NCBI GenBank assembly: GCA_902800715.1
Contig: CADCFN010000006.1
Span: 67,303 to 131,302, forward strand
Reading direction: 5' to 3'
Origin: an uncultured Bacteroidales bacterium
Lineage (GTDB): Bacteria > Bacteroidota > Bacteroidia > Bacteroidales > Muribaculaceae
DNA length: 64,000 nt
The notes under the pieces are model-generated. The model worked only from the letters and a program-made list of their open reading frames with translations. It was not told the DNA's origin and did not search any database. Position 1 is the stretch's first letter; each line of letters starts with the position of its first letter. This document shows, in pieces, positions 9,493 through 19,282 of the stretch. The position numbers were made by a program, and so were the translations under genes.

Positions 9493-11058
9493 ATGACAAA
9501 AAGTATTAAACTCTTATCAGCCATACTGCTGGCTATCGCGACACTCATGCCAGCCATGGCAAATGTGACAGTCACCCTGTATGGCGACACACATTTAAGC
9601 AACACCGCCCCCATCAATAACGTCTATCTTGATGAAGTGGGCACCCGTACACAAGTAATGTACCCTGCCAGTGACCTGGTCGAAATGACTGGCGAAGTCA
9701 TCAATTCCATGACATTCTACACCGATAGCCCCATCACAGTGAGCGGAGGCAAGCTTCAGGTCTCCCTAGGAGAAACCGACAAGCCAAATTACACCGACAT
9801 CAAGTTTGTTGAAGATATGACTCCGGTTGCAACAATTTCGATGGTCAATGGCGCTACCGAAGTGTTAATCACTTTTGACACCCCATATTACTACCGAGGC
9901 GGCAATCTGGTCTTTGAAACCATCGTTGAGGAAGTGGCATCGAGCTATTGCTATGTGACCTATCTCGGAGAACGCCCTTCCAACTACAATACCATCACCC
10001 GTCGTGAGATCGGGAAATTCCTGCCAATGACCACGTTCAACTACGGTACCGATGACTCCTATTCGGCTAAAGTGCTGCCTTTTGAATTGAATTTCAAGAC
10101 CATCCGTGCCCATCGCCAAGACATTCAGACAGTCGTTGTCACAAATACCGGCTTGGAAGCATTCACCCCGACTTTCAGCACCGATGAACCGTTCCATGTG
10201 GCTACGCCCAATGCCGTGGTTCCTGCTGGAGGCACACTGGAAGTGCCTGTGACCTTCGCACCTACCGCCGTTGGAGACTATTCCGGCACGCTCAGCGTGG
10301 ACTGTGGCGAGGCTGGTATCCACGAGGTTCTGCTGCATGGTAGCGCCATCGAGGCTGCTACCGACCTGGTTGTGGGTGACAGCACCGACTATGCCAGCTT
10401 TGTCCCCATTTATGGCCCCGATATTGACATCGTCGGGACTCAAGGGCAGATAATCTACCCGGAACAAATGTTGCAAGACATGATTGGCTGCCAGATTGTC
10501 GGTCTGCATTTCCACGTCAGGGACCAAGTGGAGATGGATGGCGGAAAGGTACAGCTTTCCCTCAAGGTGGTCGATGACAATCAATTCGCCACCCTCCAGC
10601 CCATTACAGATTTGACCACAGTAGCAACCATGACTCCAGTATTGAACAGCGATGAGTTTGTCTTCTACTTCGACGAGCCCTTTGTGTATCAAGGCGGTCA
10701 TCTGCTTGTGGATTGCTTGGTCACCGAGGCAGGTATCACCAACTACCACCCCACCAACTTCTACGGCACGCCGGTTGATTATAACTGCAGCCTGTACAGA
10801 ACGCGCTGGTACGATGAGTTCTACAACGACTTCGTGCCGTTTTTGCCTGCCGCTACCTTTGCCTACCAGAAAGTCGAAACGCTGCGCGGCGACGTGGATG
10901 GCAACGGAGAAGTCAGCATCGCCGACGTGACGTGCCTGATAGACCTGATGCTCAACGGTGACGAAGCGCCCGCTGCTGCCGATTGCAACCTCGACGGCAC
11001 GACCAGCATTGCCGATGTCACTACAATTATCGATTACCTGCTGACCGGGGCGTGGTAA
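9493..11058 (+). CDS. Secreted protein: two copies of an uncharacterised beta domain, Ig-like middle domain, C-terminal dockerin-like domain
   Basis: Signal peptide; internal repeat (GTRTQVMYP / GTQGQIIYP; GGKLQVSL / GGKVQLSL); RGDVDGNGEVSIADV...ADCNLDGTTSIADV. Confidence 0.75.
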   Translation: MTKSIKLLSAILLAIATLMPAMANVTVTLYGDTHLSNTAPINNVYLDEVGTRTQVMYPASDLVEMTGEVINSMTFYTDSPITVSGGKLQVSLGETDKPNYTDIKFVEDMTPVATISMVNGATEVLITFDTPYYYRGGNLVFETIVEEVASSYCYVTYLGERPSNYNTITRREIGKFLPMTTFNYGTDDSYSAKVLPFELNFKTIRAHRQDIQTVVVTNTGLEAFTPTFSTDEPFHVATPNAVVPAGGTLEVPVTFAPTAVGDYSGTLSVDCGEAGIHEVLLHGSAIEAATDLVVGDSTDYASFVPIYGPDIDIVGTQGQIIYPEQMLQDMIGCQIVGLHFHVRDQVEMDGGKVQLSLKVVDDNQFATLQPITDLTTVATMTPVLNSDEFVFYFDEPFVYQGGHLLVDCLVTEAGITNYHPTNFYGTPVDYNCSLYRTRWYDEFYNDFVPFLPAATFAYQKVETLRGDVDGNGEVSIADVTCLIDLMLNGDEAPAAADCNLDGTTSIADVTTIIDYLLTGAW

Positions 11059-11206
11059 TCATTTTTACAAGCCAGAGGCTTGCAATACACCGACACGCCA
11101 CCCACAATAAACTGTCACACAACTCGGGATGCTATTCAGGCAACTCTCGATGATTTTGGCATGCTAGATATTGGGATTAAAAATTGTGCAAGTGGGCTTT
11201 TTTGAT

Positions 11207-11214
11207 TATCTTTG
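11207..11214 (+). promoter_or_regulatory. -7 box upstream of uvrB
   Basis: TATCTTTG. Confidence 0.6.
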
Positions 11215-11239
11215 CAGGTTAGTGTAAAAGTGAAGGACG

Positions 11240-13312
11240 ATGGAGTATAGACTGCATAGCGAATATGAGCCGACGGGGGACCAACCGCAGGCGATTGCCG
11301 AACTGGCAGGGGGCGTGAATGACGGCGTGCCCTACCAGACGTTGCTGGGTGTGACGGGGTCAGGTAAGACCTTTACCATGGCCAACGTCATCGCGCGCAC
11401 TGGGCGCCCTACCCTGGTCTTGTCGCACAACAAGACGCTGGCTGCGCAGCTGTATGCCGAGTTCAAGAGTTTCTTCCCCGAGAACGCGGTACATTACTTC
11501 GTGTCTTACTACGACTACTACCAGCCCGAGGCCTATATTCCCTCGACCGATAAGTATATCGAGAAAGACCTCGCCATCAACGACGAGATTGAGCGCCTGA
11601 GGCTATCGACAGTGACGGCACTGCTGAGTGGGCGCCGCGATATCGTGGTGGTGTCGAGTGTGTCGTGCCTCTACGGCATGGGCAATCCTGAGGACATCAC
11701 CGCCAATGCCATCGAACTGAAAGTTGGTCAATTGATTGGTCGCGATGACCTGTTGCACCGCCTCGTGGATGCCCTGTACTCCCGCAGCGATACCGAACTG
11801 AGGATGGGCACGTTCCGCGTCAAGGGCGACACGGTTGACGTGTTCCTGAGCGATGAGGACATCATGCTGAGAATCATCTTTTGGGGCAACGAGATTGAAC
11901 GCATCCAGATTCTTGACAGCGAGACCCAGTTGCCCACCGAGGACGTCGAGGGCTTCAAGATTTTCCCCGCCAATATCTTTGTCACGACCAAGGAACGCAT
12001 GAAAGCCGCCATGGGCCAGATTGACCTGGACCGCGAGAACCAAGTGGCAGCATTCGCCCGCGAAAACCGCTTTGCCGAGGCCAAGCGGCTGAACGAACGC
12101 GTGACCTATGACATGGAGATGATGCGCGAGGTGGGTTACTGTTCGGGCATTGAGAACTACAGCCGTTATTTTGACGGACGCAGACCCGGCATGAGGCCAT
12201 TCTGCCTGCTCGACTACTTCCCCGACGACTTCCTGACCATCATCGACGAGAGCCACGTCACCGTGCCTCAAATCCGTGCCATGTACGGCGGCGACCAGTC
12301 GCGCAAGACCAATCTCGTACACTATGGCTTCAGACTTGAGGCAGCACTGGATAACAGGCCTCTGAGATTTGAGGAATTTGAGAATTTAACACACCAGACC
12401 ATCTATGTAAGTGCCACGCCTGCTGATTATGAGCTGAACAAGAGCGAGGGTATCATCACCGAGCAGCTGATTCGCCCGACGGGACTGCTCGACCCGCAAA
12501 TCATCGTGCGTCCCTCGCAAGGTCAGGTCGATGACCTGGTCGAGGAGATACAGCTGCGCATCGAACGTGGCGAGCGCACCCTGGTCACAACACTGACCAA
12601 GCGCATGGCAGAGGAACTGAGCGACTACCTCAAGCGACTGGATATCCGCACCGCCTATATGCACAGCGACGTTGAGACAATGGAACGCATCGAAATCATC
12701 GACAACCTGCGCGCAGGAGCCATTGATGTGCTCGTGGGCGTGAACCTGTTGCGTGAGGGCCTTGACTTGCCCGAAGTGTCGCTTGTCGCCATCCTTGACG
12801 CCGACAAAGAGGGTTTCCTGCGCAGCCGCCGCTCATTGACACAGACTGCAGGCCGCGCAGCCCGCAACCTGAACGGTACCGTCATCATGTATGCCGACAA
12901 CATCACCGACTCGATGCGGCAGACCATTGACGAGACCGAACGCCGCCGCACCCTGCAGCTCAAGTACAACGAGGAGCACAACATCACTCCCACCGCTATC
13001 ATCAAGGCGCGCACAGCGATTATCGGCCAGGATACCGATATGCGGCACCCGACGACTCCCAGCCGCCACAATCAGGGCATGATGCCAGCCGCGCCTGCGC
13101 CCAACCTGCGTTATGCCGAGGAATTTGACGGCAGTGCGGGCGTTGCCGCCGATCCCGTTGTCGCCTACATGAGCAGCAAGGATATGCAGGCAGCCATCGA
13201 CCGCCTGAAGACGCAGATGATTGAGGCTGCGAAGCGTATGGACTTCCTGGAGGCCGCCCAATACCGCGACGAAATCCTCAAACTCGAAGAAATGCTGAAG
13301 GAGAGGGAATAG
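11240..13312 (+). CDS. uvrB: Excinuclease ABC subunit B
   Basis: PTGDQPQAI, GVTGSGKTFT, YYDYYQPEAY, DADKEGFLRS, C-terminal UVR domain. Confidence 0.98.
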   Translation: MEYRLHSEYEPTGDQPQAIAELAGGVNDGVPYQTLLGVTGSGKTFTMANVIARTGRPTLVLSHNKTLAAQLYAEFKSFFPENAVHYFVSYYDYYQPEAYIPSTDKYIEKDLAINDEIERLRLSTVTALLSGRRDIVVVSSVSCLYGMGNPEDITANAIELKVGQLIGRDDLLHRLVDALYSRSDTELRMGTFRVKGDTVDVFLSDEDIMLRIIFWGNEIERIQILDSETQLPTEDVEGFKIFPANIFVTTKERMKAAMGQIDLDRENQVAAFARENRFAEAKRLNERVTYDMEMMREVGYCSGIENYSRYFDGRRPGMRPFCLLDYFPDDFLTIIDESHVTVPQIRAMYGGDQSRKTNLVHYGFRLEAALDNRPLRFEEFENLTHQTIYVSATPADYELNKSEGIITEQLIRPTGLLDPQIIVRPSQGQVDDLVEEIQLRIERGERTLVTTLTKRMAEELSDYLKRLDIRTAYMHSDVETMERIEIIDNLRAGAIDVLVGVNLLREGLDLPEVSLVAILDADKEGFLRSRRSLTQTAGRAARNLNGTVIMYADNITDSMRQTIDETERRRTLQLKYNEEHNITPTAIIKARTAIIGQDTDMRHPTTPSRHNQGMMPAAPAPNLRYAEEFDGSAGVAADPVVAYMSSKDMQAAIDRLKTQMIEAAKRMDFLEAAQYRDEILKLEEMLKERE

Positions 13313-13380
13313 AGGTTATAGTTTAAAGTTTAAAGGTTAAAGGTTAAAGGTTAAAGGTTAAAGATAACAGGTTAAAGGTT
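13313..13380. repeat. 7-bp tandem repeat (AAAGGTT)
   Basis: gtttaaagtttaaaggttaaaggttaaaggttaaaggttaaagataacaggttaaaggtt fills the uvrB-ygiQ spacer. Confidence 0.85.
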
Positions 13381-13381
13381 C

Positions 13382-15223
13382 GTGAAACAGGATAAGGGAC
13401 ATAGTGACCACCGCATCAAGGGACAGTGGTTGCCCACGACCAAGAAGGAAATGGAACACTTGGGGTGGGAACAAGCCGACGTCATCCTGTTCACCGGTGA
13501 TGCCTACATCGACCACCCGTCGATGGGCACTGCTGTCATCGGTCGTGTGCTTGAAGCGCATGGCTACAAGGTGGCCATCGTGCCGCAACCCAACTGGCGT
13601 GACGACCTGCGCGACTTCAAGAAACTGGGCAAACCGCGACTTTTCTTCGGCGTGTCGGCCGGAGCCATGGACTCGATGGTAAACCACTATACCGCCGCCC
13701 GCCGCAAGCGCAGCGATGATGCCTACACAGCCGACGGACGTGCCGGAGCCCGTCCCGACTACCCCACCATCGTCTATAGCGAGATATTGAAGCGCCTGTT
13801 CCCTGACGTGCCTGTTGTGGCCGGGGGCATCGAAGTGTCACTGCGAAGGCTGGCACATTATGACTACTGGCAGGACAAGTTGCGCCCCTCTATCCTCATA
13901 GACTGCCCCGCCGACTTGCTGGTGTATGGCATGGGTGAGTTGCCCAACATCGCCATAGCCGAAGCCCTCGCCGCTAGCAAACGCATCGAAGAACTGACCG
14001 ACATTCCACAGACGGTGGTGCGCCGCCCCCTGAGCGAACTGCCCGCCGCCAATAGCAATACCGACGTGGTGCTGCACAGCTATGAAGAGTGCCAACGGTC
14101 CAAAAAGGCTCAAGCCGAGAATTTCAAGGTCATTGAGGTCGAGAGCAACCTGTGGCACGGTCATAATGTGTGGCAAGCCACTGGCGACATTGCAGTGAAA
14201 GTCAACCGCACCAATCCGCCGATGACCACCGAGCAGATTGACGCCTCGTTTGACCTGCCCTATACCCGCCTACCCCACCCACGCTACCAGGGCAAGCGCA
14301 TTCCCGCCTACGAGATGATACGGCACTCGGTGTGCATGCACCGCGGCTGCTTTGGCGGCTGCGCCTTCTGCACCATCAGCGCCCATCAGGGCAAATTCAT
14401 CGCCTCACGCAGCAAGGAATCGATTTTGCGCGAAGTCAAGCAGGTGGTGCAGATGGAGGATTTCAAGGGCTACATCAGCGACCTGGGTGGCCCCAGCGCC
14501 AACATGTACGGCATGCATGGCAAGGACCTGGAGCGCTGCCAGCGTTGCCAACGCCCCTCGTGCCTGCATCCGCAACCCTGCAGCAACCTCAACACCGACC
14601 ACAGCCAGTTGCTCGACATCTATCATGCCGTGGATGCCCTGCCCGAAGTGAAGAAATCGTTTATCGGCAGCGGTGTGCGCTATGACCTGTCGATGCACCG
14701 CACGGGCGACCCACGCGTCGATAAAATCAACGCCAGATATAACGAAGAACTGATACGCTTCCATGTCTCGGGCCGATTGAAGGTTGCGCCCGAGCACACC
14801 AGTGACGAGGTGCTGATGCTCATGCGCAAACCGTCGTTTGAGCTGTTCAAGCGCTTCAAGGCGCTGTTCGACCGCGTGAATGTGAAGTATAACCTGCGAC
14901 AGCAACTTATCCCCTACTTCATTTCGTCCCACCCCGGCTGTCACGAAGCCGACATGGCCGAACTCGCCGCCATCACCAAGGAACTGGACTTCCGCTTGGA
15001 GCAGGTGCAGGACTTCACGCCCACGCCCATGACCATCTCAACTGAGACCTACTACACTGGGTTCCACCCCTACACGCTCAAGCCAGTCTATTGCGCCAAA
15101 ACCCCGATGGAGAAGCAAGCCCAACGGCTGTTCTTCTTCTGGTATGACCGCAAGAACCGCGCTGCCATCACTGCAGCCCTGAAACGTATCCACCGCATCG
15201 ACCTGTTGCGTAAACTTTATTAG
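13382..15223 (+). CDS. ygiQ: YgiQ/UPF0313 family radical SAM protein
   Basis: GDAYIDHPS, DSMVNHYT, HRGCFGGCAFC, DLGGPSANMY, QVQDFTPTPMT. Confidence 0.9.
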   Translation: MKQDKGHSDHRIKGQWLPTTKKEMEHLGWEQADVILFTGDAYIDHPSMGTAVIGRVLEAHGYKVAIVPQPNWRDDLRDFKKLGKPRLFFGVSAGAMDSMVNHYTAARRKRSDDAYTADGRAGARPDYPTIVYSEILKRLFPDVPVVAGGIEVSLRRLAHYDYWQDKLRPSILIDCPADLLVYGMGELPNIAIAEALAASKRIEELTDIPQTVVRRPLSELPAANSNTDVVLHSYEECQRSKKAQAENFKVIEVESNLWHGHNVWQATGDIAVKVNRTNPPMTTEQIDASFDLPYTRLPHPRYQGKRIPAYEMIRHSVCMHRGCFGGCAFCTISAHQGKFIASRSKESILREVKQVVQMEDFKGYISDLGGPSANMYGMHGKDLERCQRCQRPSCLHPQPCSNLNTDHSQLLDIYHAVDALPEVKKSFIGSGVRYDLSMHRTGDPRVDKINARYNEELIRFHVSGRLKVAPEHTSDEVLMLMRKPSFELFKRFKALFDRVNVKYNLRQQLIPYFISSHPGCHEADMAELAAITKELDFRLEQVQDFTPTPMTISTETYYTGFHPYTLKPVYCAKTPMEKQAQRLFFFWYDRKNRAAITAALKRIHRIDLLRKLY

Positions 15224-15235
15224 TCGTAGATTATT

Positions 15236-15772
15236 ATGAAGCGAATTTTGGTCCTCTTCTTAGCCATCATCGGCCTAACTGCCCATGCAGGGGATGATGG
15301 ATTGCGGCACGCTACCGACGTGATGTGCCTCCTGCCCGATGCCACCGCCCTGGGTGTCACCATAGCCAAGCACGATACCGAAGGCATGAAACAACTGGCA
15401 TTCAGTACCGCCACCTGCCTTGCCCTAAACTATGGGCTGGAATTGTGCATCCGCAAAGACCGCCCCGACGGCACGGGGCACCATGCCTTTCCCAGCACCC
15501 ACACGGCAGTCGCTTTCAACGGCTCGACCTTCCTGATGAAGCGCTACGGCTGGAAATGGGGCGTTCCCGCCTACCTGGTATCAAGTTTTGTGGCTTGGGG
15601 ACGCGTCAAGACCGACCGCCACGACTGGTGGGACGTGCTGGGCGGAGCCGCCATCGGAGCCGGCACTGCGTTCATCTTTACCAAGCCTTTTGTCAAGAAT
15701 GTTGACGTGAGTATCAGCCCCACTGCGTTTGGCGACCAAGCATACGGCCTCACCGCGACAGTACAGTTCTAA
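15236..15772 (+). CDS. PAP2 family phosphatase
   Basis: KDRPDG, FPSTHT, RV...HDWWDV; signal peptide. Confidence 0.85.
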   Translation: MKRILVLFLAIIGLTAHAGDDGLRHATDVMCLLPDATALGVTIAKHDTEGMKQLAFSTATCLALNYGLELCIRKDRPDGTGHHAFPSTHTAVAFNGSTFLMKRYGWKWGVPAYLVSSFVAWGRVKTDRHDWWDVLGGAAIGAGTAFIFTKPFVKNVDVSISPTAFGDQAYGLTATVQF

Positions 15773-15787
15773 CAACGGATGATTAAC

Positions 15788-15823
15788 AAAAACAGGAGAC
15801 GTCCAGAGGAGTCTCCTGTTTTT
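15788..15823. terminator. Bidirectional terminator between convergent genes
   Basis: AAAAACAGGAGAC...GTCTCCTGTTTTT. Confidence 0.8.
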
Positions 15824-15845
15824 ATGTTATGAGGGTTAATCCTAA

Positions 15846-17690
15846 TTACTTGACGAGGACTTTCCTTGCGGTGCCATCGCTCATCCTGACGATGTTGATG
15901 CCGTGGATGGGAGCATCCAACTTGTGACCCATCACGTCATAGTACTCAACGGGTACAGCATCGTCGGTAGCGAGAGTCTCCTCAATGCCACCGGGAATGT
16001 TGACCAGACGCACTTTCTCGGCATTATTCACCTGCATGTCGGTGATTTTGCCAGTGGCACCATTGGTAATAGGCCTGCTGACGAATGCCACCACATTCAG
16101 GTTATTCATGTTCCAATCATCAGGGATAGTGATAGTAAACTCATTGGAATAACCATCCTCGGTCATATTGAAGTCCACACCCTTGACTGAGCCCAGAGCA
16201 CAACGGAACACGCCGTTATGCACATAGTTGGGAATCCATACACCATTGTTCACCTGGCGTGCCACAAGGCTATCCTCGGTGATGTAAACGGTGAGTTTGT
16301 TCCCTTCGCCCAGCAGGAGATCGATGTCGGGTGAAATATCACCATAAACCGTAATGACTGCCTCGCGGGTGTTGAGATCTACAACAGGATCAATATTGAT
16401 GGCTGCAAAAGTGGGGTTATCCTCTGCCACCTTGTCAAAGAAAAGACCCAACTCGTCAGCCACCTCCTGATGATACTGCTCGTAGTAGCCGAGGGAGTTC
16501 ACAAGCTGGTTAGGACTCTCCCATCCCGTAGCGCGGTCAAAGGCTCCCGAAGGATAGGAATCATTTCCCATATATGCCATAATCGAGTCAGCCTGATCAG
16601 ACATATAGGGGTCCAAACCACCGTTCAACTCGCCATGGATACCCACCCAGATAACGTCATCGCGCTGGTTCGTGAGAATGGTCAGCATGGAGTTACCAAG
16701 CGGGCAGTAGGTGCAATAGGTCGAGGTGAATTGCTCCACGAGGTGCTTTTGACGGGGATAAACACCGTTCATCGTCACAAATGTTGCGCTCATCGGATAG
16801 ACATAATCCAGCGATTCTTCACCAGCGGCTGCATTGCAGACGGTCAACGTGTGGCTACCGACAGCCAAATCACCAGTCTCGAGAACTTCCTGCATAGTAT
16901 AGGTCGTAGCAGGGTCAATATCCTCAGGATTGCTGATTGTTGCCACTTTCTCGCCATCAAGCATCACGTCAAACGACAGTTCCCCAGCGTTCAGGGGCTT
17001 GATACCGCGATTTCTGATTTGGAACGTATACTGCAAATCATCGCCAATATTCACAAAGCGGGGAGCCTCAAGACCGTTGGCCTTGATGAGCACGCTGGGG
17101 AAATTATCCTTCTCAACGATGCACTGCACACACAGGTTACCCAATGACTTGAAGCCTGCGGTCGTCCATCGGTACATCTGGCCAGCCTTCTTGTAATAAT
17201 AAGTGTCATAGATGTCACCCTCGGGGACCACAGCCAGCGGCTTATTGGTAGAAGTCTGCTCATACTCGAAACCGATAAGCAGTCTACCGCCATCGGTGGC
17301 TTCCAGTTGATAAGGTGTGGGAAGAGTGATGACATTCCAACCTACCTCATCGACCTCACAGGGCCAAGAAACCATAGTTCCATAAGCGCCACCAGCCGAA
17401 ACGGGCACCACAAAGACCTTGGTCACAGGCGTACTCTCGGCGAGTCCCACCCTGAAAGCCGTGATTTTGCCACCGATGAAAATGTCCAGTTCGTCGGATT
17501 CCAGGATGGTACCGATAGACACTTTTCCAGTGGTTTTCACTTTAGCACCTTCGGTAGTGATAGCATCACTATCAAAGTGGCCCATAATGCGTTGATTCTC
17601 GGAAAGCCCAATCTGTGCAGGAGCAGTCTTCGCCTGCATGGGCAATGACAGCAATACTGCCATCAAGATAAAGAGTGAATTTTTCTTCAT
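15846..17690 (-). CDS. Omp28-related secreted protein with T9SS-type C-terminus
   Basis: Signal peptide MKKNSL...; EQFTSTYCTYCP, YVHNGVFR; C-terminus YYDVMGHKL...GINIVRMSDGTARKVLVK. Confidence 0.8.
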   Translation of the reverse strand: MKKNSLFILMAVLLSLPMQAKTAPAQIGLSENQRIMGHFDSDAITTEGAKVKTTGKVSIGTILESDELDIFIGGKITAFRVGLAESTPVTKVFVVPVSAGGAYGTMVSWPCEVDEVGWNVITLPTPYQLEATDGGRLLIGFEYEQTSTNKPLAVVPEGDIYDTYYYKKAGQMYRWTTAGFKSLGNLCVQCIVEKDNFPSVLIKANGLEAPRFVNIGDDLQYTFQIRNRGIKPLNAGELSFDVMLDGEKVATISNPEDIDPATTYTMQEVLETGDLAVGSHTLTVCNAAAGEESLDYVYPMSATFVTMNGVYPRQKHLVEQFTSTYCTYCPLGNSMLTILTNQRDDVIWVGIHGELNGGLDPYMSDQADSIMAYMGNDSYPSGAFDRATGWESPNQLVNSLGYYEQYHQEVADELGLFFDKVAEDNPTFAAINIDPVVDLNTREAVITVYGDISPDIDLLLGEGNKLTVYITEDSLVARQVNNGVWIPNYVHNGVFRCALGSVKGVDFNMTEDGYSNEFTITIPDDWNMNNLNVVAFVSRPITNGATGKITDMQVNNAEKVRLVNIPGGIEETLATDDAVPVEYYDVMGHKLDAPIHGINIVRMSDGTARKVLVK

Positions 17691-17745
17691 ACCATTATAT
17701 TTTAGATTTAAAGTATTGTATATCAATCAAATAAATACATCGTCG

Positions 17746-18453
17746 TTATTGTGCAGATGCATTAAGGATAATGCCAATCACCTCATTGATATCGGCAATT
17801 CCAACCTCACCGTCACCATTCACGTCGGCGATAAGGATGTCCATACCCTCACGCGGCGAAACGATGCAACCGATGATGAAATTGACGTCACTCACGGTGA
17901 CCTCGCCATCGCCATTCACGTCACCCTTAAGGGGAGTGGGCAAATCACCCTTGACAAACTTGAGCGTAAGCGTGGGACCATCAGCCTTGTGTACATAGGA
18001 GGGCGGGAACAAACCCTGCTTTGAGAGAATCTCGATGGTAAGCGTAACAACACAGGTGCCATCGGCCGTGGGGAACCACTCGCTCTGGATATCATGCAAA
18101 TCGCCCATCAACTGTCCGGCACTAGTCTCGTAATAGCCGGGCTCGGTCTGGGAGTTACAAGTCGTTGGAAAACAGATTTGGTAGGTACCATTGTCAATCT
18201 GCTCAACCATATAGTGCATCTTAATGTAGTCAGTGGCTTCACCGCTCATGTTAAGCACCGAAATACCTGAATAAATCACTTCTCCCAGATACTCGTCAAA
18301 CATTACGGTGTTGCGCACCACGGTGGCGCCATCTTCAAGAATCTCACCTTCCTCATCGACAAACACAAAGCTCATATCAGCGTCCTGAGCCTGGGTTACC
18401 AGAGGGCATACTGCCATCGACAGTCCAAATAAAAAAGTAAAGAATTTTTTCAT
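17746..18453 (-). CDS. Secreted Ig-like protein with C-terminal dockerin-like domain
   Basis: Signal peptide; QICFPTTC; KGDVNGDGEVTVSDV...ADVNGDGEVGIADI. Confidence 0.7.
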   Translation of the reverse strand: MKKFFTFLFGLSMAVCPLVTQAQDADMSFVFVDEEGEILEDGATVVRNTVMFDEYLGEVIYSGISVLNMSGEATDYIKMHYMVEQIDNGTYQICFPTTCNSQTEPGYYETSAGQLMGDLHDIQSEWFPTADGTCVVTLTIEILSKQGLFPPSYVHKADGPTLTLKFVKGDLPTPLKGDVNGDGEVTVSDVNFIIGCIVSPREGMDILIADVNGDGEVGIADINEVIGIILNASAQ

Positions 18454-18469
18454 TGTCAATATTGGTTTT

Positions 18470-19279
18470 TTAGTAGTCCATCAATTTTTTCTTTGTCACC
18501 TGCTTCACTCCATCTTCATCATAGAGGAAAACAACAAGCGAGCAATTCTCGAACACCCAAGCGGGGTCCAAAGCAAACTCATATTTCTTAGAAACCACTT
18601 CGCCGTGACTCACGGTCAAGTCATCACCCCAGGGGTCATTGATGCTGGCACGGAACACGTGCATGTGGTTATAGTGCTCCTCCCGGCTGCCGTTAGGCAT
18701 CAGCTGGAAACTGTCGATGCTGTCCTCGACAAGCCACACCTGCAACTTGCCGCTTACTGGTTTTGAGTCCATACCGATGGTTTGTACATCAGCATAGCCC
18801 AGCTCTGTATCGAAATCATAGGCCGTGTTAACAATGATTGACACTACCGCCTTAGAATTGATAGAATCGGTGAGTTCATAGTTCACGGCACCACCCCAAT
18901 CAGTGTAGTTCAACGGCATGCCAAAAAGCCTGTCCACCAAACCCACAGGCTGAGCCGAGAGCTTCCAATTCGAAAAATACTGGTCGCCCACCTCGGTATA
19001 CAAAGGAGAGGTTCCGGCAGTTTTATCCTTAGAGAACGGTCCCGAGTGAATTGCCACAGCGATGACCACAGTATCACCATACTGCTCGATGAGCCGCTCA
19101 ATCTCCTCGGTAGCGCGCGGACAATTCACGCAATACTGACCCGTGAAGTCCTCGATGAGGATGGCACGCGCTGCTTCGGGCGGCTCTATATAGGTCAGGC
19201 GCTTGTCGGTCGACACTTCATCACAGGCGATGAACGCCATTGCCATTACGGCCAATATAATGAGAGATATCTTTTTCAT
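18470..19279 (-). CDS. Omp28 family outer-membrane lipoprotein
   Basis: Lipobox FIAC; EDFTGQYCVNCP; AVAIHSG; YNHMHVFR. Confidence 0.85.
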   Translation of the reverse strand: MKKISLIILAVMAMAFIACDEVSTDKRLTYIEPPEAARAILIEDFTGQYCVNCPRATEEIERLIEQYGDTVVIAVAIHSGPFSKDKTAGTSPLYTEVGDQYFSNWKLSAQPVGLVDRLFGMPLNYTDWGGAVNYELTDSINSKAVVSIIVNTAYDFDTELGYADVQTIGMDSKPVSGKLQVWLVEDSIDSFQLMPNGSREEHYNHMHVFRASINDPWGDDLTVSHGEVVSKKYEFALDPAWVFENCSLVVFLYDEDGVKQVTKKKLMDY

Positions 19280-19282
19280 TGT

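Noticed and set aside
13313-13380. CRISPR array (also considered for the 43-bp motif at 42630/44386/46452)
   Set aside because: No repeat-spacer periodicity and no cas genes.
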